Shown here: in pieces, positions 9,008-17,258 of the stretch
Numbering within the stretch: the stretch's first letter is position 1
How the letters are laid out: each line of letters starts with the position of its first letter
Virus record (IMG/VR): IMGVR_UViG_3300037454_000132
Coordinates: 1-58,095 of that record
DNA: 58,095 bases
Direction: 5' to 3' (one strand)
Source: a virus
Position numbers and translations under genes: made by a program
Notes under the pieces: generated by a model
What the model saw: only the letters and a program-made list of their open reading frames with translations
Told to the model about the DNA's origin: nothing
Database searches by the model: none

Positions 9008-9431
9008 CGAGCTTGTCCGGGAAGCCCATCAGAACGCCGTAGAACACGGTTTTTGGGACGATCCCCCGGAGTTTGGTACATCTATAGCCCTGATCCATTC
9101 GGAGCTTTCTGAGGCCCTTGAGGAAGTCAGAAAGGGCAGACCCGCAGTCTACTACCCCTGCAACGCCGGGGGCGTCTGTTGTGAGGACGACGGCAGCGCA
9201 TCTTGTGGTAGCCGCGTATGGAATCCTGAGACGCCGGAAGTTTTCTGCAAGGCCAAAAGCAAGAAAGCGGAGGGGTACGCGGTGGAGCTGGCCGACGCCA
9301 TAATCCGCATTGCCGATTTGTGGGGCTATCTGGAAACTGATATTGAGCTGGGTATCGACCTTGAGGCTGTGATCCGGGAGAAGATGGCCTACAACGCGAC
9401 GCGCCCCTACAAGCACGGAAAGAAGTTCTGA
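8982..9431 (+). CDS. MazG-like nucleoside triphosphate pyrophosphohydrolase
   Basis: AHQNAVEHGFWD...IHSELSEALEE...ELADAIIRIADL is typical of phage MazG/NTP-PPase helices. Confidence 0.7.
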   Translation: MEKKPLTLNELVREAHQNAVEHGFWDDPPEFGTSIALIHSELSEALEEVRKGRPAVYYPCNAGGVCCEDDGSASCGSRVWNPETPEVFCKAKSKKAEGYAVELADAIIRIADLWGYLETDIELGIDLEAVIREKMAYNATRPYKHGKKF

Positions 9432-9433
9432 CT

Positions 9434-9646
9434 ATGGCGGACAATAACGACCTGAGAAAGAACGCTGAGGGCTACGTAGACCCTACCGCATACGCCGCGC
9501 TCAAGTCCATCGTGAACGACGAAAAGGCAGAGAAGAAAGCGGCCTATCTGGTATCGGTCTTGAAGTTCATCATCAAAGAATCCGGCTTTGAGCTGGTCAA
9601 CCGGATCGAGCTGCGGCACAAACAGTCTGGCCGGTTGTTCAGGTGA
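9434..9646 (+). CDS. Hypothetical protein (70 aa)
   Basis: ATG lies 2 nt after the previous stop. No family recognised. Confidence 0.6.
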   Translation: MADNNDLRKNAEGYVDPTAYAALKSIVNDEKAEKKAAYLVSVLKFIIKESGFELVNRIELRHKQSGRLFR

Positions 9647-9685
9647 AAAACTACACACAGGGCAAAATAAAGTTGACTGTGCCGG

Positions 9686-9714
9686 TTGACAGTTCAAATA
9701 ATTTGACTTATATT
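9686..9714 (+). promoter_or_regulatory. Sigma70-type promoter upstream of the primase gene
   Basis: TTGACA-17 nt-TATATT, flanked by TTGAC/AGTCA half-sites (agttgactgtgccggttgaca ... tttgacttatattcaaagtcagtcaaa). Confidence 0.55.
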
Positions 9715-9755
9715 CAAAGTCAGTCAAACAATTCAAGCTGTAGAGAGGGTGCAAC

Positions 9756-12203
9756 ATGATAACCCTACAAAACGATAAGACCATTCACATCACCGTGGGC
9801 GCAAGCCGTAAGTCCACGAAATGGGCGACGCAGGAGATCACGCTTTCCGCGCTCTATACGCGCCTTGAAACGCCCCTGAGAGGCATTGAGAATATCAATG
9901 ACTATCTGGCCTTGAGCAAGGCCGAACAGGACGAGAGAAAGGACGTGGGCGGCTTTGTAGGCGGTGTGCTGAAAGGACAGCGCCGGAAAGCTGACAACGT
10001 GGAGAGCCGGGATATTGTCACGCTGGACATTGACACGATCCCCCCGTTTCAGGCCGAGCTTATACGCACACAGGCCGAGGCGTTAGGGTGCGGGTATCTG
10101 GTATACCCCACGCGGAAAGACCGTCCAGCGGCCCCCAGAAAGCGCCTGATCGTCCCTACCAACCGGAGCATGACCGTAGACGAGTACGACGCTGTGAGCC
10201 GCCGTATCGCCGCTCTGATCGGCATAGAAATGTGCGATCCGACGACCTTTGAGCCGTCCCGTCTCATGTACTGGCCGTCATGCTGCGCGGACAGCGATTA
10301 TCAGGTGTGGTATAAGGACGCCCCGGCACTGGACGTGGACAAGACGCTGGCAAGCTACACGGACTGGAAAGACTGGAACGAGAGGCCGCAAGTCCCCGGC
10401 GCGATCAGCTATCAAAAGCTGGCCGTGCGTCAGGGCGATCCTGAGAGCAAGCCCGGTGTAATCGGTGCGTTCAACCGCGTCTATGACATTTACAGCGCAA
10501 TGGACGAGCTGTTGCCGGGTATCTACGCCCCCTGCGACAATGACCCGCACAGGTTTACCTACCTGAACGGCTCCACGACGGGCGGCGCGATCATCTACGA
10601 CGACGGCAAGTTCCTGTATTCCCATCATGCAACAGACCCTTGCGGCGGGAAGCTGGTCAACGCTGCTGACCTTGTGCGGCTGCACAAATTCGGGCAGTTG
10701 GATATAAACTCCGCGATTGACACCCCGATCAACAAGCTCCCGTCCTACAAGGCGTTCTGCGAGTTCGCCGTTTCGGATCAAAAGGTTGCTACCCTTATGA
10801 TGCAGGAACGGTACAACGCCGGACAGAAAGAGTTTGAGGGCGTGGGCGCGGGGACAGCTACACAGACGGAGAACACAGACCCGGACGCATGGCTGACCGA
10901 GGCCGGTTTACAGCTCAATCCGCAGACCGGCGCAATCTACCCGACGATTGACAACATCCGAATCATTCTTGAATGTGACCCCATGCTGAAAGGCCGCTTT
11001 GCCCTGAACAAGTTTGCCGGACGCGGTGAAGTGCTGGGCGTTCTCCCGTGGGATCAGGACGGCAAGCGCCGCCTGTGGAGCGACACGGACACCAACGGCC
11101 TGTACTGGTACATGGAAAAGCGTTTCAACATCACGAAGCGGCAGAACATCGACGCGGCCCTTGATATTCACGCATCGGTACACGCTTTCAACGACGTGCA
11201 GGACTACATAAAGCGGCTGGTATGGGATATGACCCCCCGGCTTGATACCGTCTTTATAGACTATCTGGGCGCGGCTGACAACGAGTACAACCGGGCCGTG
11301 TGCCGGAAGTCTTTTACGGCGGCAATCGCACGGGCTATGGAGCCGGGATGCAAGTACGACAATATGCTGATCCTGTGCGGACGGCAAGGGCTGGGAAAAA
11401 GTACGCTGCTGGACAAAATGTCCCGTGGCTGGTTTAACGACAGCATACGGACGTTTGAGGGCAAAGAGGCGTCTGAGCTTTTGCAGGGCGTTTGGCTGGT
11501 AGAGGTTGCGGAGCTGGACGCATTCCGGCGCACGGACGTTTCCCGCATCAAACAGTTTCTTTCCCTGAGAGCTGACCGATACCGCGCGGCCTATGGCCGG
11601 AACGTCAAAGAGTTGCCCCGCTGCTGCGCGTTCTTTGGGACGTGTAATCAGATGGACTTTTTGCAGGATATGACCGGCAATCGGCGTTTCTGGCCGGTGG
11701 ACGTAGGCGAAACACTCCCTGTGGGCGAGGAAAAGGAACATCACCCCAACGTCTGGGACGACCTGACCGACGACGTGATTGACCAACTCTGGGCGGAAGC
11801 AAAGGCGCGCTGGCAGATCGGGGAACAGCTCTATTTGTCCGGTGAGATCGAGAAACAGGCACAGGAAATGCAGGAACAGCACCGCGAGGCAAGCCCGAAA
11901 GAGGGCGTGATCCTGAATTTCATCGGGCAGGAAATCCCGGAGGACTGGCAGAAGTGGACGCTTGACCGGAGGCGCGATTGGTGGGCGCAAACTACACACG
12001 GGGAAATCAAAACGGTAAAAAGAACCCGGATCACCGCCGTTGAAATCTGGTGCGAGGCGTTCAACAACAATCTGAAAGACGTGAAGCAAGCCGATTCCCG
12101 CGAGATAAATGCCGTCATTATGAAAATGCCGAACGCCCGGAGGGTAAAAAGCCCGTTCAAATGCGGCCCGTATGGGGTGCAAAGAGGTTTTGAGCTGGTG
12201 TAG
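9756..12203 (+). CDS. Primase/helicase, VirE (virulence-associated protein E) family
   Basis: 815 aa. Walker A: CGRQGLGKSTLLDKM. It has an N-terminal primase-like region and sits in the PolA/SNF2/VRR-NUC replication cluster. Confidence 0.85.
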   Translation: MITLQNDKTIHITVGASRKSTKWATQEITLSALYTRLETPLRGIENINDYLALSKAEQDERKDVGGFVGGVLKGQRRKADNVESRDIVTLDIDTIPPFQAELIRTQAEALGCGYLVYPTRKDRPAAPRKRLIVPTNRSMTVDEYDAVSRRIAALIGIEMCDPTTFEPSRLMYWPSCCADSDYQVWYKDAPALDVDKTLASYTDWKDWNERPQVPGAISYQKLAVRQGDPESKPGVIGAFNRVYDIYSAMDELLPGIYAPCDNDPHRFTYLNGSTTGGAIIYDDGKFLYSHHATDPCGGKLVNAADLVRLHKFGQLDINSAIDTPINKLPSYKAFCEFAVSDQKVATLMMQERYNAGQKEFEGVGAGTATQTENTDPDAWLTEAGLQLNPQTGAIYPTIDNIRIILECDPMLKGRFALNKFAGRGEVLGVLPWDQDGKRRLWSDTDTNGLYWYMEKRFNITKRQNIDAALDIHASVHAFNDVQDYIKRLVWDMTPRLDTVFIDYLGAADNEYNRAVCRKSFTAAIARAMEPGCKYDNMLILCGRQGLGKSTLLDKMSRGWFNDSIRTFEGKEASELLQGVWLVEVAELDAFRRTDVSRIKQFLSLRADRYRAAYGRNVKELPRCCAFFGTCNQMDFLQDMTGNRRFWPVDVGETLPVGEEKEHHPNVWDDLTDDVIDQLWAEAKARWQIGEQLYLSGEIEKQAQEMQEQHREASPKEGVILNFIGQEIPEDWQKWTLDRRRDWWAQTTHGEIKTVKRTRITAVEIWCEAFNNNLKDVKQADSREINAVIMKMPNARRVKSPFKCGPYGVQRGFELV

Positions 12204-12208
12204 AAAAA

Positions 12209-12472
12209 CGGTCTACAAAGTGGTCTACAAAGTGGTCTACAGTTGCAAAAAATTTGTAGACTTTGTAGACCGGAACGGTCTACAAATAAACAATTCGTCT
12301 ACAAATTTACAGGGTATTTGTAGACCGCTCAAAGCCTTATATTTCAAGGGTTTCCGGGACTTTATAAACAGATAAACAAATTATTCTAATAGACTATAAG
12401 AATTAGGCAGATTAGGCGGTAAAATCCCGCCTGAAACGCCTGAACGCACATATAAGTATACGCGCGCGTGTG
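12209..12472. repeat. Composite iteron-rich intergenic element, copy A
   Basis: Eight GTCTACA/TGTAGAC 7-mers (12211, 12223, 12235, 12255, 12264, 12278, 12297, 12319), AAACAGATAAACA, two hairpins, and TATACGCGCGCGTG at 12457-12470. Homologous to 21047-21286 and 46938-47210. Confidence 0.9.
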
Positions 12473-12508
12473 TTTTGTTTATGGCGCGGTTTTGGAGAGG
12501 GAACGGAT

Positions 12509-12808
12509 ATGGTGTTTTACGTGATCCGAAACAAAAAGACCGGACAGCTTGTGGCTGGTACGGATTTTAATTCCACCCCGCCCCGGCAGATATACGCATC
12601 AGCTTTCCGGCCCCCGCTGCTTTTGTCCGTAGAGCCGAAGATGTATTCCCCGGAGCTGCGGAAAAGACAAATCCGGCTGAGGACGTTTGAGCTGGTTTGC
12701 GTGGACGTAATCGAAAACAGAAACGAGTGGAATAGCCCGGAGAGCCGAAAGGGAGAGGGCCGCGCCGCGTGTGGAATTGGACACGCTCACGCGCATAAGG
12801 GCTTTTGA
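12509..12808 (+). CDS. Hypothetical protein (99 aa)
   Basis: GGAGAGGGA precedes ATG12509 (MVFYVIRNKKTG). The longer ORF from 12470 would run into the repeat element. Confidence 0.5.
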   Translation: MVFYVIRNKKTGQLVAGTDFNSTPPRQIYASAFRPPLLLSVEPKMYSPELRKRQIRLRTFELVCVDVIENRNEWNSPESRKGEGRAACGIGHAHAHKGF

Positions 12809-12810
12809 CC

Positions 12811-13113
12811 ATGCTGGAACGGGAGATCGAAAGCAAGTTGCGGGAGCCGATAAAGGCGCTGGGCGGCTTGTGTTTGAAGTTTGAGACACCCGGTTATACC
12901 GGCGTCCCGGATCGGATCATCCTTTTACCCGGTGGCGTGATCCGGTTTGTCGAGACGAAGCAGCCGGGGAAGAAAGAGCGCGCCCGTCAACGTCTTGTGC
13001 ATGGATTGTTGCGGGAGCTGGGCTTTACCGTCTACAGCACGGTTGACAGCGTGGAGAAGATCGGCGCGATCATTGCGGAATGCAGGGAGGCAGTCAATGG
13101 CAAAGGTGTATAA
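12811..13113 (+). CDS. VRR-NUC domain nuclease
   Basis: GVPDRIILLPGGVIRFVETKQPGKK (D...ExK). The ORF track start at 12805 is TTG; ATG is at 12811. Confidence 0.8.
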   Translation: MLEREIESKLREPIKALGGLCLKFETPGYTGVPDRIILLPGGVIRFVETKQPGKKERARQRLVHGLLRELGFTVYSTVDSVEKIGAIIAECREAVNGKGV

Positions 13114-14482
13114 CCCCTATCCGTATCAGCAATACGCGGAGCGGGAGATCATCGAAAAACCGAACATCGGGCTTTTCCTTGACATGGGCTTAGGGAAAAC
13201 CGTTATCACCCTGACCGCCCTACAGGAAATGAAGTTTGACCGCTGGTGCGTCAACAAGACCTTGATTATCGCCCCGAAAAAGGTTGCGGAAGATACGTGG
13301 CAGACGGAGGCGCAGAAGTGGCAGCATCTACAGGGCTTGCGGATCGTCGGTGTGCTGGGGACAGCTACACAGAGAGAACACGCGCTTGACACCCCCGCCG
13401 ATATTTACGTTATCAACCGGGAAAATACGCAATGGCTGGTAGAGCATTACGGGCGGGACTGGCCGTTTGATACCGTGGTACTGGACGAAAGCAGTTCTTT
13501 CAAGAATCATCAGGCAAAGCGTTTCCGGGCCTTGCGTACCGTGCGCCCCCGGATCAACCGTCTTATCGAGCTGACCGGGACGCCCAACCCCCACGGGCTT
13601 ATGGACTTGTGGTCACAGGTCTTTCTACTGGACGGCGGAAAGCGGCTGGGGCGAACAATCAGCGTTTACCGGGATATGTATTTCAACCCGGACAAGCGCA
13701 ACCGGACTACGATATTTTCGTATGCCCCGAAAGAGGGCGCGGAACAGGAAATCCACCGGCTCATATCGGATATTTGTATCAGCATGAAAGCGTCTGACTA
13801 TCTGGATTTGCCGGAGCTGGTCTATGAGGATATTCCGGTTGTGCTGGACGACAAGGCTGCGAAAGCATACCGGCGCATGGAGCGCGACGCGGTTTTGCAG
13901 GTGGACGAAGATACCATAACGGCGACAAATGCCGCCGCGCTGTCTGGAAAGCTCCTACAGCTCTGTAACGGCGCTGTGTACGACGAAAACAGAGAGGTAG
14001 TACAAGTTCACGACTGCAAAATAGAGGCGTTCTTAGAGGCCGTGGAGGGCCTTAACGGGCAACACGCGATTGTGTGCTATTCGTTCATCCACGACAAGGA
14101 CAGGCTGCTACAGGCCCTTGAGAAAACCGGCTTGCGTGTGCGCGTGTACAAGGACACCCGCGACAAGGACGATTGGAACGCGGGAAACATCGACTTGCTT
14201 TTGATTCACCCGGCGTCTTGCGGTTACGGCCTGAATCTGCAAGAGGGAGGGCATCACATCATCTGGTTTGGCCTGACGTGGAATCTTGAAGAATACCAAC
14301 AGGCGAACAAGCGTCTGCACCGGCAGGGGCAGGATCACCCCGTTATCGTGCATCATCTGGTAGTCAAGGGCGGACGCGACGAAGATGTGATAAAGAGCCT
14401 TGAGGGAAAGGACAACGTACAAGAGGCCCTTTTGCAGTCTTTGAAAGTGAGAATCAAAGGGATCAAGGGAGGCGTGGCATGA
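13097..14482 (+). CDS. SNF2/DEAD-like helicase
   Basis: Motif I: DMGLGKT. Motif II: VVLDESSSFKN. Motif VI: QANKRLHRQGQ. AGGGAGG lies before ATG13097. Confidence 0.85.
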   Translation: MAKVYNPYPYQQYAEREIIEKPNIGLFLDMGLGKTVITLTALQEMKFDRWCVNKTLIIAPKKVAEDTWQTEAQKWQHLQGLRIVGVLGTATQREHALDTPADIYVINRENTQWLVEHYGRDWPFDTVVLDESSSFKNHQAKRFRALRTVRPRINRLIELTGTPNPHGLMDLWSQVFLLDGGKRLGRTISVYRDMYFNPDKRNRTTIFSYAPKEGAEQEIHRLISDICISMKASDYLDLPELVYEDIPVVLDDKAAKAYRRMERDAVLQVDEDTITATNAAALSGKLLQLCNGAVYDENREVVQVHDCKIEAFLEAVEGLNGQHAIVCYSFIHDKDRLLQALEKTGLRVRVYKDTRDKDDWNAGNIDLLLIHPASCGYGLNLQEGGHHIIWFGLTWNLEEYQQANKRLHRQGQDHPVIVHHLVVKGGRDEDVIKSLEGKDNVQEALLQSLKVRIKGIKGGVA

Positions 14483-14805
14483 TAGAGGTTAGAGACAATC
14501 CGCGCGCCGTGTTTGTAGACGGGCGCAGGGAGCCGACAACCGCAATGCTGGACTATATGCGGCATATCGAAATATGGTCTGGCGTCCCGGCAGACGAGGC
14601 AACCCGGCACGATTTTTGGAGCTGTCACGATTACATAGCCGCAAACGCAGCCGCCGCAGAACGGGAGTACGGAAAGGCCGTTGCGTCCCGACGCCGTGAG
14701 CAGCGCAGAACAACGGAATTCATCGGCGGCGACTATGGAATCTGTAACAACGATATGGGGATCAGTTGTTTTGACTACGGCATTTATCCGTGGGGCGACA
14801 GTTAA
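14479..14805 (+). CDS. Hypothetical protein (108 aa)
   Basis: ATGA overlap with the helicase stop. Confidence 0.6.
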   Translation: MIEVRDNPRAVFVDGRREPTTAMLDYMRHIEIWSGVPADEATRHDFWSCHDYIAANAAAAEREYGKAVASRRREQRRTTEFIGGDYGICNNDMGISCFDYGIYPWGDS

Positions 14806-14908
14806 AACAATAGCGTAACGCGAAACACGAAAAGCGACACCCGACAATCGAATCACGACAAGCGGTAAAGCGATAATCTCAAACCCCAACAGGGAGAAAG
14901 GACAGGAA

Positions 14909-15388
14909 ATGACCCTGAAAGAATTATCGCAGCTCTATTGGCTGAATCGTGAAATCGAGGCGGATCAGAGGCGGCTTGACGAGCTGGAACGCCTGAGAGG
15001 ATCACCGTCAAGCCCCCAACTAACCGGAATGCCCCACGCGCCCAACCGGAACGACAGCAAGGTTGAACGGCTGGCGGCGGAGATCGTTGACCTACAGGCG
15101 ATCATAGCCGCCCGACAGATACAGTGCATCCACGAGCGCGCGCGGCTGGAAAGGTGGATCAGTGATATTCCCGACAGCTTGACGCGGCAGGTGTTTACGT
15201 TGCGCTTTGTGGACGGCCTACAGTGGCCGCAGGTGGCCGTTTTTATCGGGGAGGGTACTACCCCTGACCGGGCAAAGAAAATCTGCTACAGGTACATAGA
15301 CAGGCAGGACGCGCGGACTGAGAGGCAGCTACGAGAGGCGGAGAAAGCAAGCCGGGAGTATGAACAGGGTTTGAGGTCGAGGCCGTGA
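14909..15388 (+). CDS. Sigma-70 region-4-like phage transcriptional regulator (DUF1492/RinA/ArpU-like late activator)
   Basis: LSQLYWLNREIE...LTGMP...DSLTRQVFTLRFVDGLQWPQVA resembles DUF1492-type regulators. It lies upstream of the packaging genes. Confidence 0.65.
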   Translation: MTLKELSQLYWLNREIEADQRRLDELERLRGSPSSPQLTGMPHAPNRNDSKVERLAAEIVDLQAIIAARQIQCIHERARLERWISDIPDSLTRQVFTLRFVDGLQWPQVAVFIGEGTTPDRAKKICYRYIDRQDARTERQLREAEKASREYEQGLRSRP

Positions 15389-15456
15389 AAAGGGGTATTC
15401 CCCTGTGTAAGCGTAAGTGTCCCCCATGTCCCGCCTGACCGTGCTATAATGGTAGA

Positions 15457-15583
15457 CGCGATAAAGCACCGTGAGGGCGCAAGGGTCTTTGCCTCCGCCC
15501 TTGCAGCCGTAGGGCAAGCCCTACGCGGGAAGCAATCGCAGGGGACACCGTGAGCGCGCGTGACTTGCGGTGTTTCCCCTTTT
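15457..15583 (+). ncRNA. Candidate small structured RNA or transcribed leader
   Basis: Extended -10 (TGCTATAAT, 15442-15450). Internal hairpins at 15479-15504 and 15508-15525. Terminator-like 10-bp GC stem at 15541-15579 followed by TTTT. No ORF. Confidence 0.3.
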
Positions 15584-15715
15584 CATAAACAGGGTACTTC
15601 CGAGAGCCGCCCCACGATCCGGGGACAGGCTGAGAGTTGACGCCCTTATGTGCAAGCGTGAGGACGCGGGACTGAGACACCCGCGCCCCCGCGCTTTTTC
15701 TTTGGAGGCGGGGCA

Positions 15716-16345
15716 ATGTACAAGCAGCAGCGCAACTATGAAAACCTGAATAAATACATCTTTGACGGCGTAGGCAAGTACGGCATCCCGGAGATCAAGC
15801 CGGAACAGTTCACGGTTGATAACTGGATCAGCTTCAACTTTGCGAAAAGCTGTGACGAGCCGGAGAAACACGGCATCCACTTTTTCATTGACGACTATCA
15901 GTTTATCCGGCTGTGGACAAACCCGGACGCCTACCTTGCCATGCTGGGGCGCTTTCAGGCGGTGTGTACGCCTGACTTTTCCACGTATACGGACTTTCCT
16001 ATGGCGATCCAGCTTTACAATCACTACCGCAAGCACTGGCTGGGCGCGTATTGGCAGCAGAACGGCGTCAAGGTCATTCCGACAATCTCATGGAGCGACG
16101 AAAGCTCCTTTGATTGGTGCTTTGATGGGGAGCCGGTAGGCGGTATGGTGGCCGTCAGCAGCGTCGGAACACAGCAGAACAAGAGAGCTACACGGCTTTT
16201 TGAGCTGGGCTATCAGGAAATGATGGACAGGCTCAAGCCGTCCGCTGTTATCATGTACGGCAATATCCCGGAGAGCTGCACCGGAAACGTGATCCCCGTT
16301 CGGGCGTTCACTACGAAATGGCGCGAATCAGACGCCGAAGATTGA
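15716..16345 (+). CDS. DUF4417 domain protein
   Basis: HGIHFFIDDYQFIRLW...TPDFSTYTDFP...NHYRKHWLGAYWQ matches DUF4417 as I recall it. GGAGG lies upstream. Confidence 0.65.
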   Translation: MYKQQRNYENLNKYIFDGVGKYGIPEIKPEQFTVDNWISFNFAKSCDEPEKHGIHFFIDDYQFIRLWTNPDAYLAMLGRFQAVCTPDFSTYTDFPMAIQLYNHYRKHWLGAYWQQNGVKVIPTISWSDESSFDWCFDGEPVGGMVAVSSVGTQQNKRATRLFELGYQEMMDRLKPSAVIMYGNIPESCTGNVIPVRAFTTKWRESDAED

Positions 16346-16388
16346 CAAGTCAAAGTATATTGACTTTATCGAAAGAGAGTGCTATAAT
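16342..16388 (+). promoter_or_regulatory. Operator palindrome plus promoter-like hexamers abutting the ART start codon
   Basis: AGTCAA-N6-TTGACT at 16348-16365. TTGACT-17 nt-TATAAT ends at 16388, and the ATG is at 16389. Confidence 0.45.
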
Positions 16389-17066
16389 ATGGGCGGCAGA
16401 GGTTCAAGCAGCGGCGGCGGATCAAGCCGCTCATTCCATACGATCCATCAAGCAAATGACTTTTTCGGCGTAGGCCGCGCGGACGGTATGTTTCCTGACT
16501 GGGAACGCGCCGTCCCGGACGACGAAAAGCAGTCCGCTATCCTGTACACGAAGCAAGCCTATATTCCGATGAACAAGCTCTTGCGGGAGGGCGAGGACGG
16601 CTATAAGAAATGGCTTGAGACGCATTCCGACAGCTATTTCCACGGTGACGCGGCTTTGATCCGTGAACACGCGGCCCGGATTGAAAGGGCTATGGACAAA
16701 TTCGACCTGAAAGAAAGCATCACCGTCTGGCGCGGCGGCAGCAGCCGTCTTGTGGGCGGCGCAACGACTGTGGAGGAATTGAAATCCTTGGTAGGCTCCA
16801 TCGTGCATGACAACGGCGTTATGAGTACCGCCGTCACCCGTGGCGGAATGTGGGACAAGAGCGGCGGAAAGAACATCGGCTATGAAATCGAAGTCCCGAA
16901 AGGCCGGGGACGCGGCGTGTTCATCGACCCCGTTTCCGCGCATCACGGCGAACAGGAGTTCATGGTACGTCCCGGAACGAAATTCAAGATCACCGGCGCG
17001 TACACGGACACCCACGGCGACGTGATTTGCAAGCTCAAGGCAATCTACCCGAAGAAACGCAAGTGA
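16389..17066 (+). CDS. ADP-ribosyltransferase (C3/Vip2-like R-S-E exotoxin fold)
   Basis: YTKQAYIPMNKLLREG, VWRG (Arg), MSTAV (STS-like), GEQEFMV (ExE). Confidence 0.8.
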   Translation: MGGRGSSSGGGSSRSFHTIHQANDFFGVGRADGMFPDWERAVPDDEKQSAILYTKQAYIPMNKLLREGEDGYKKWLETHSDSYFHGDAALIREHAARIERAMDKFDLKESITVWRGGSSRLVGGATTVEELKSLVGSIVHDNGVMSTAVTRGGMWDKSGGKNIGYEIEVPKGRGRGVFIDPVSAHHGEQEFMVRPGTKFKITGAYTDTHGDVICKLKAIYPKKRK

Positions 17067-17081
17067 TAGGAGGCAAGCACA

Positions 17082-17243
17082 ATGGCAGAGAAGAAGAACA
17101 TCCGCAAAGACCGCTTTACCGCGCAGGAGAGCGATTTTGTCTTTGACAAGCTCGTTGTCAACGGCAAAGAGGTAAAGCAGGGGCAGAAGCCCCCGAAAAA
17201 GCCCACCGCCCCGAAAAAGACCGGGAACGGCGGCAAAAAGTAA
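17082..17243 (+). CDS. Lys-rich microprotein (53 aa)
   Basis: TAGGAGG lies 8 nt before the ATG. C-terminal tail: KPPKKPTAPKKTGNGGKK. Below the ORF-track size cutoff. Confidence 0.5.
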   Translation: MAEKKNIRKDRFTAQESDFVFDKLVVNGKEVKQGQKPPKKPTAPKKTGNGGKK

Positions 17244-17258
17244 GGGAGGCCCTACGCT

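Noticed and set aside
12209-12330. Possible CRISPR array, because of closely spaced short repeats.
   Set aside because: The repeats are only 7-12 bp, occur in both orientations, and have 2-10 bp irregular gaps. There are no spacers of CRISPR size and no cas genes.
12172-12375. Small ORFs inside the iteron elements: 12172..12375, 20890..21099, 46868..47074 and 46909..47094.
   Set aside because: Their peptides (VYKVVYKVVY and similar) simply translate the GTCTACA repeats. The frame is not conserved between the three copies, so these are DNA/RNA elements, not genes.
15389-15715. A tRNA or tmRNA-like gene in the structured spacer.
   Set aside because: There is no cloverleaf geometry, no T-loop GTTCRA box and no acceptor/CCA-compatible ends.
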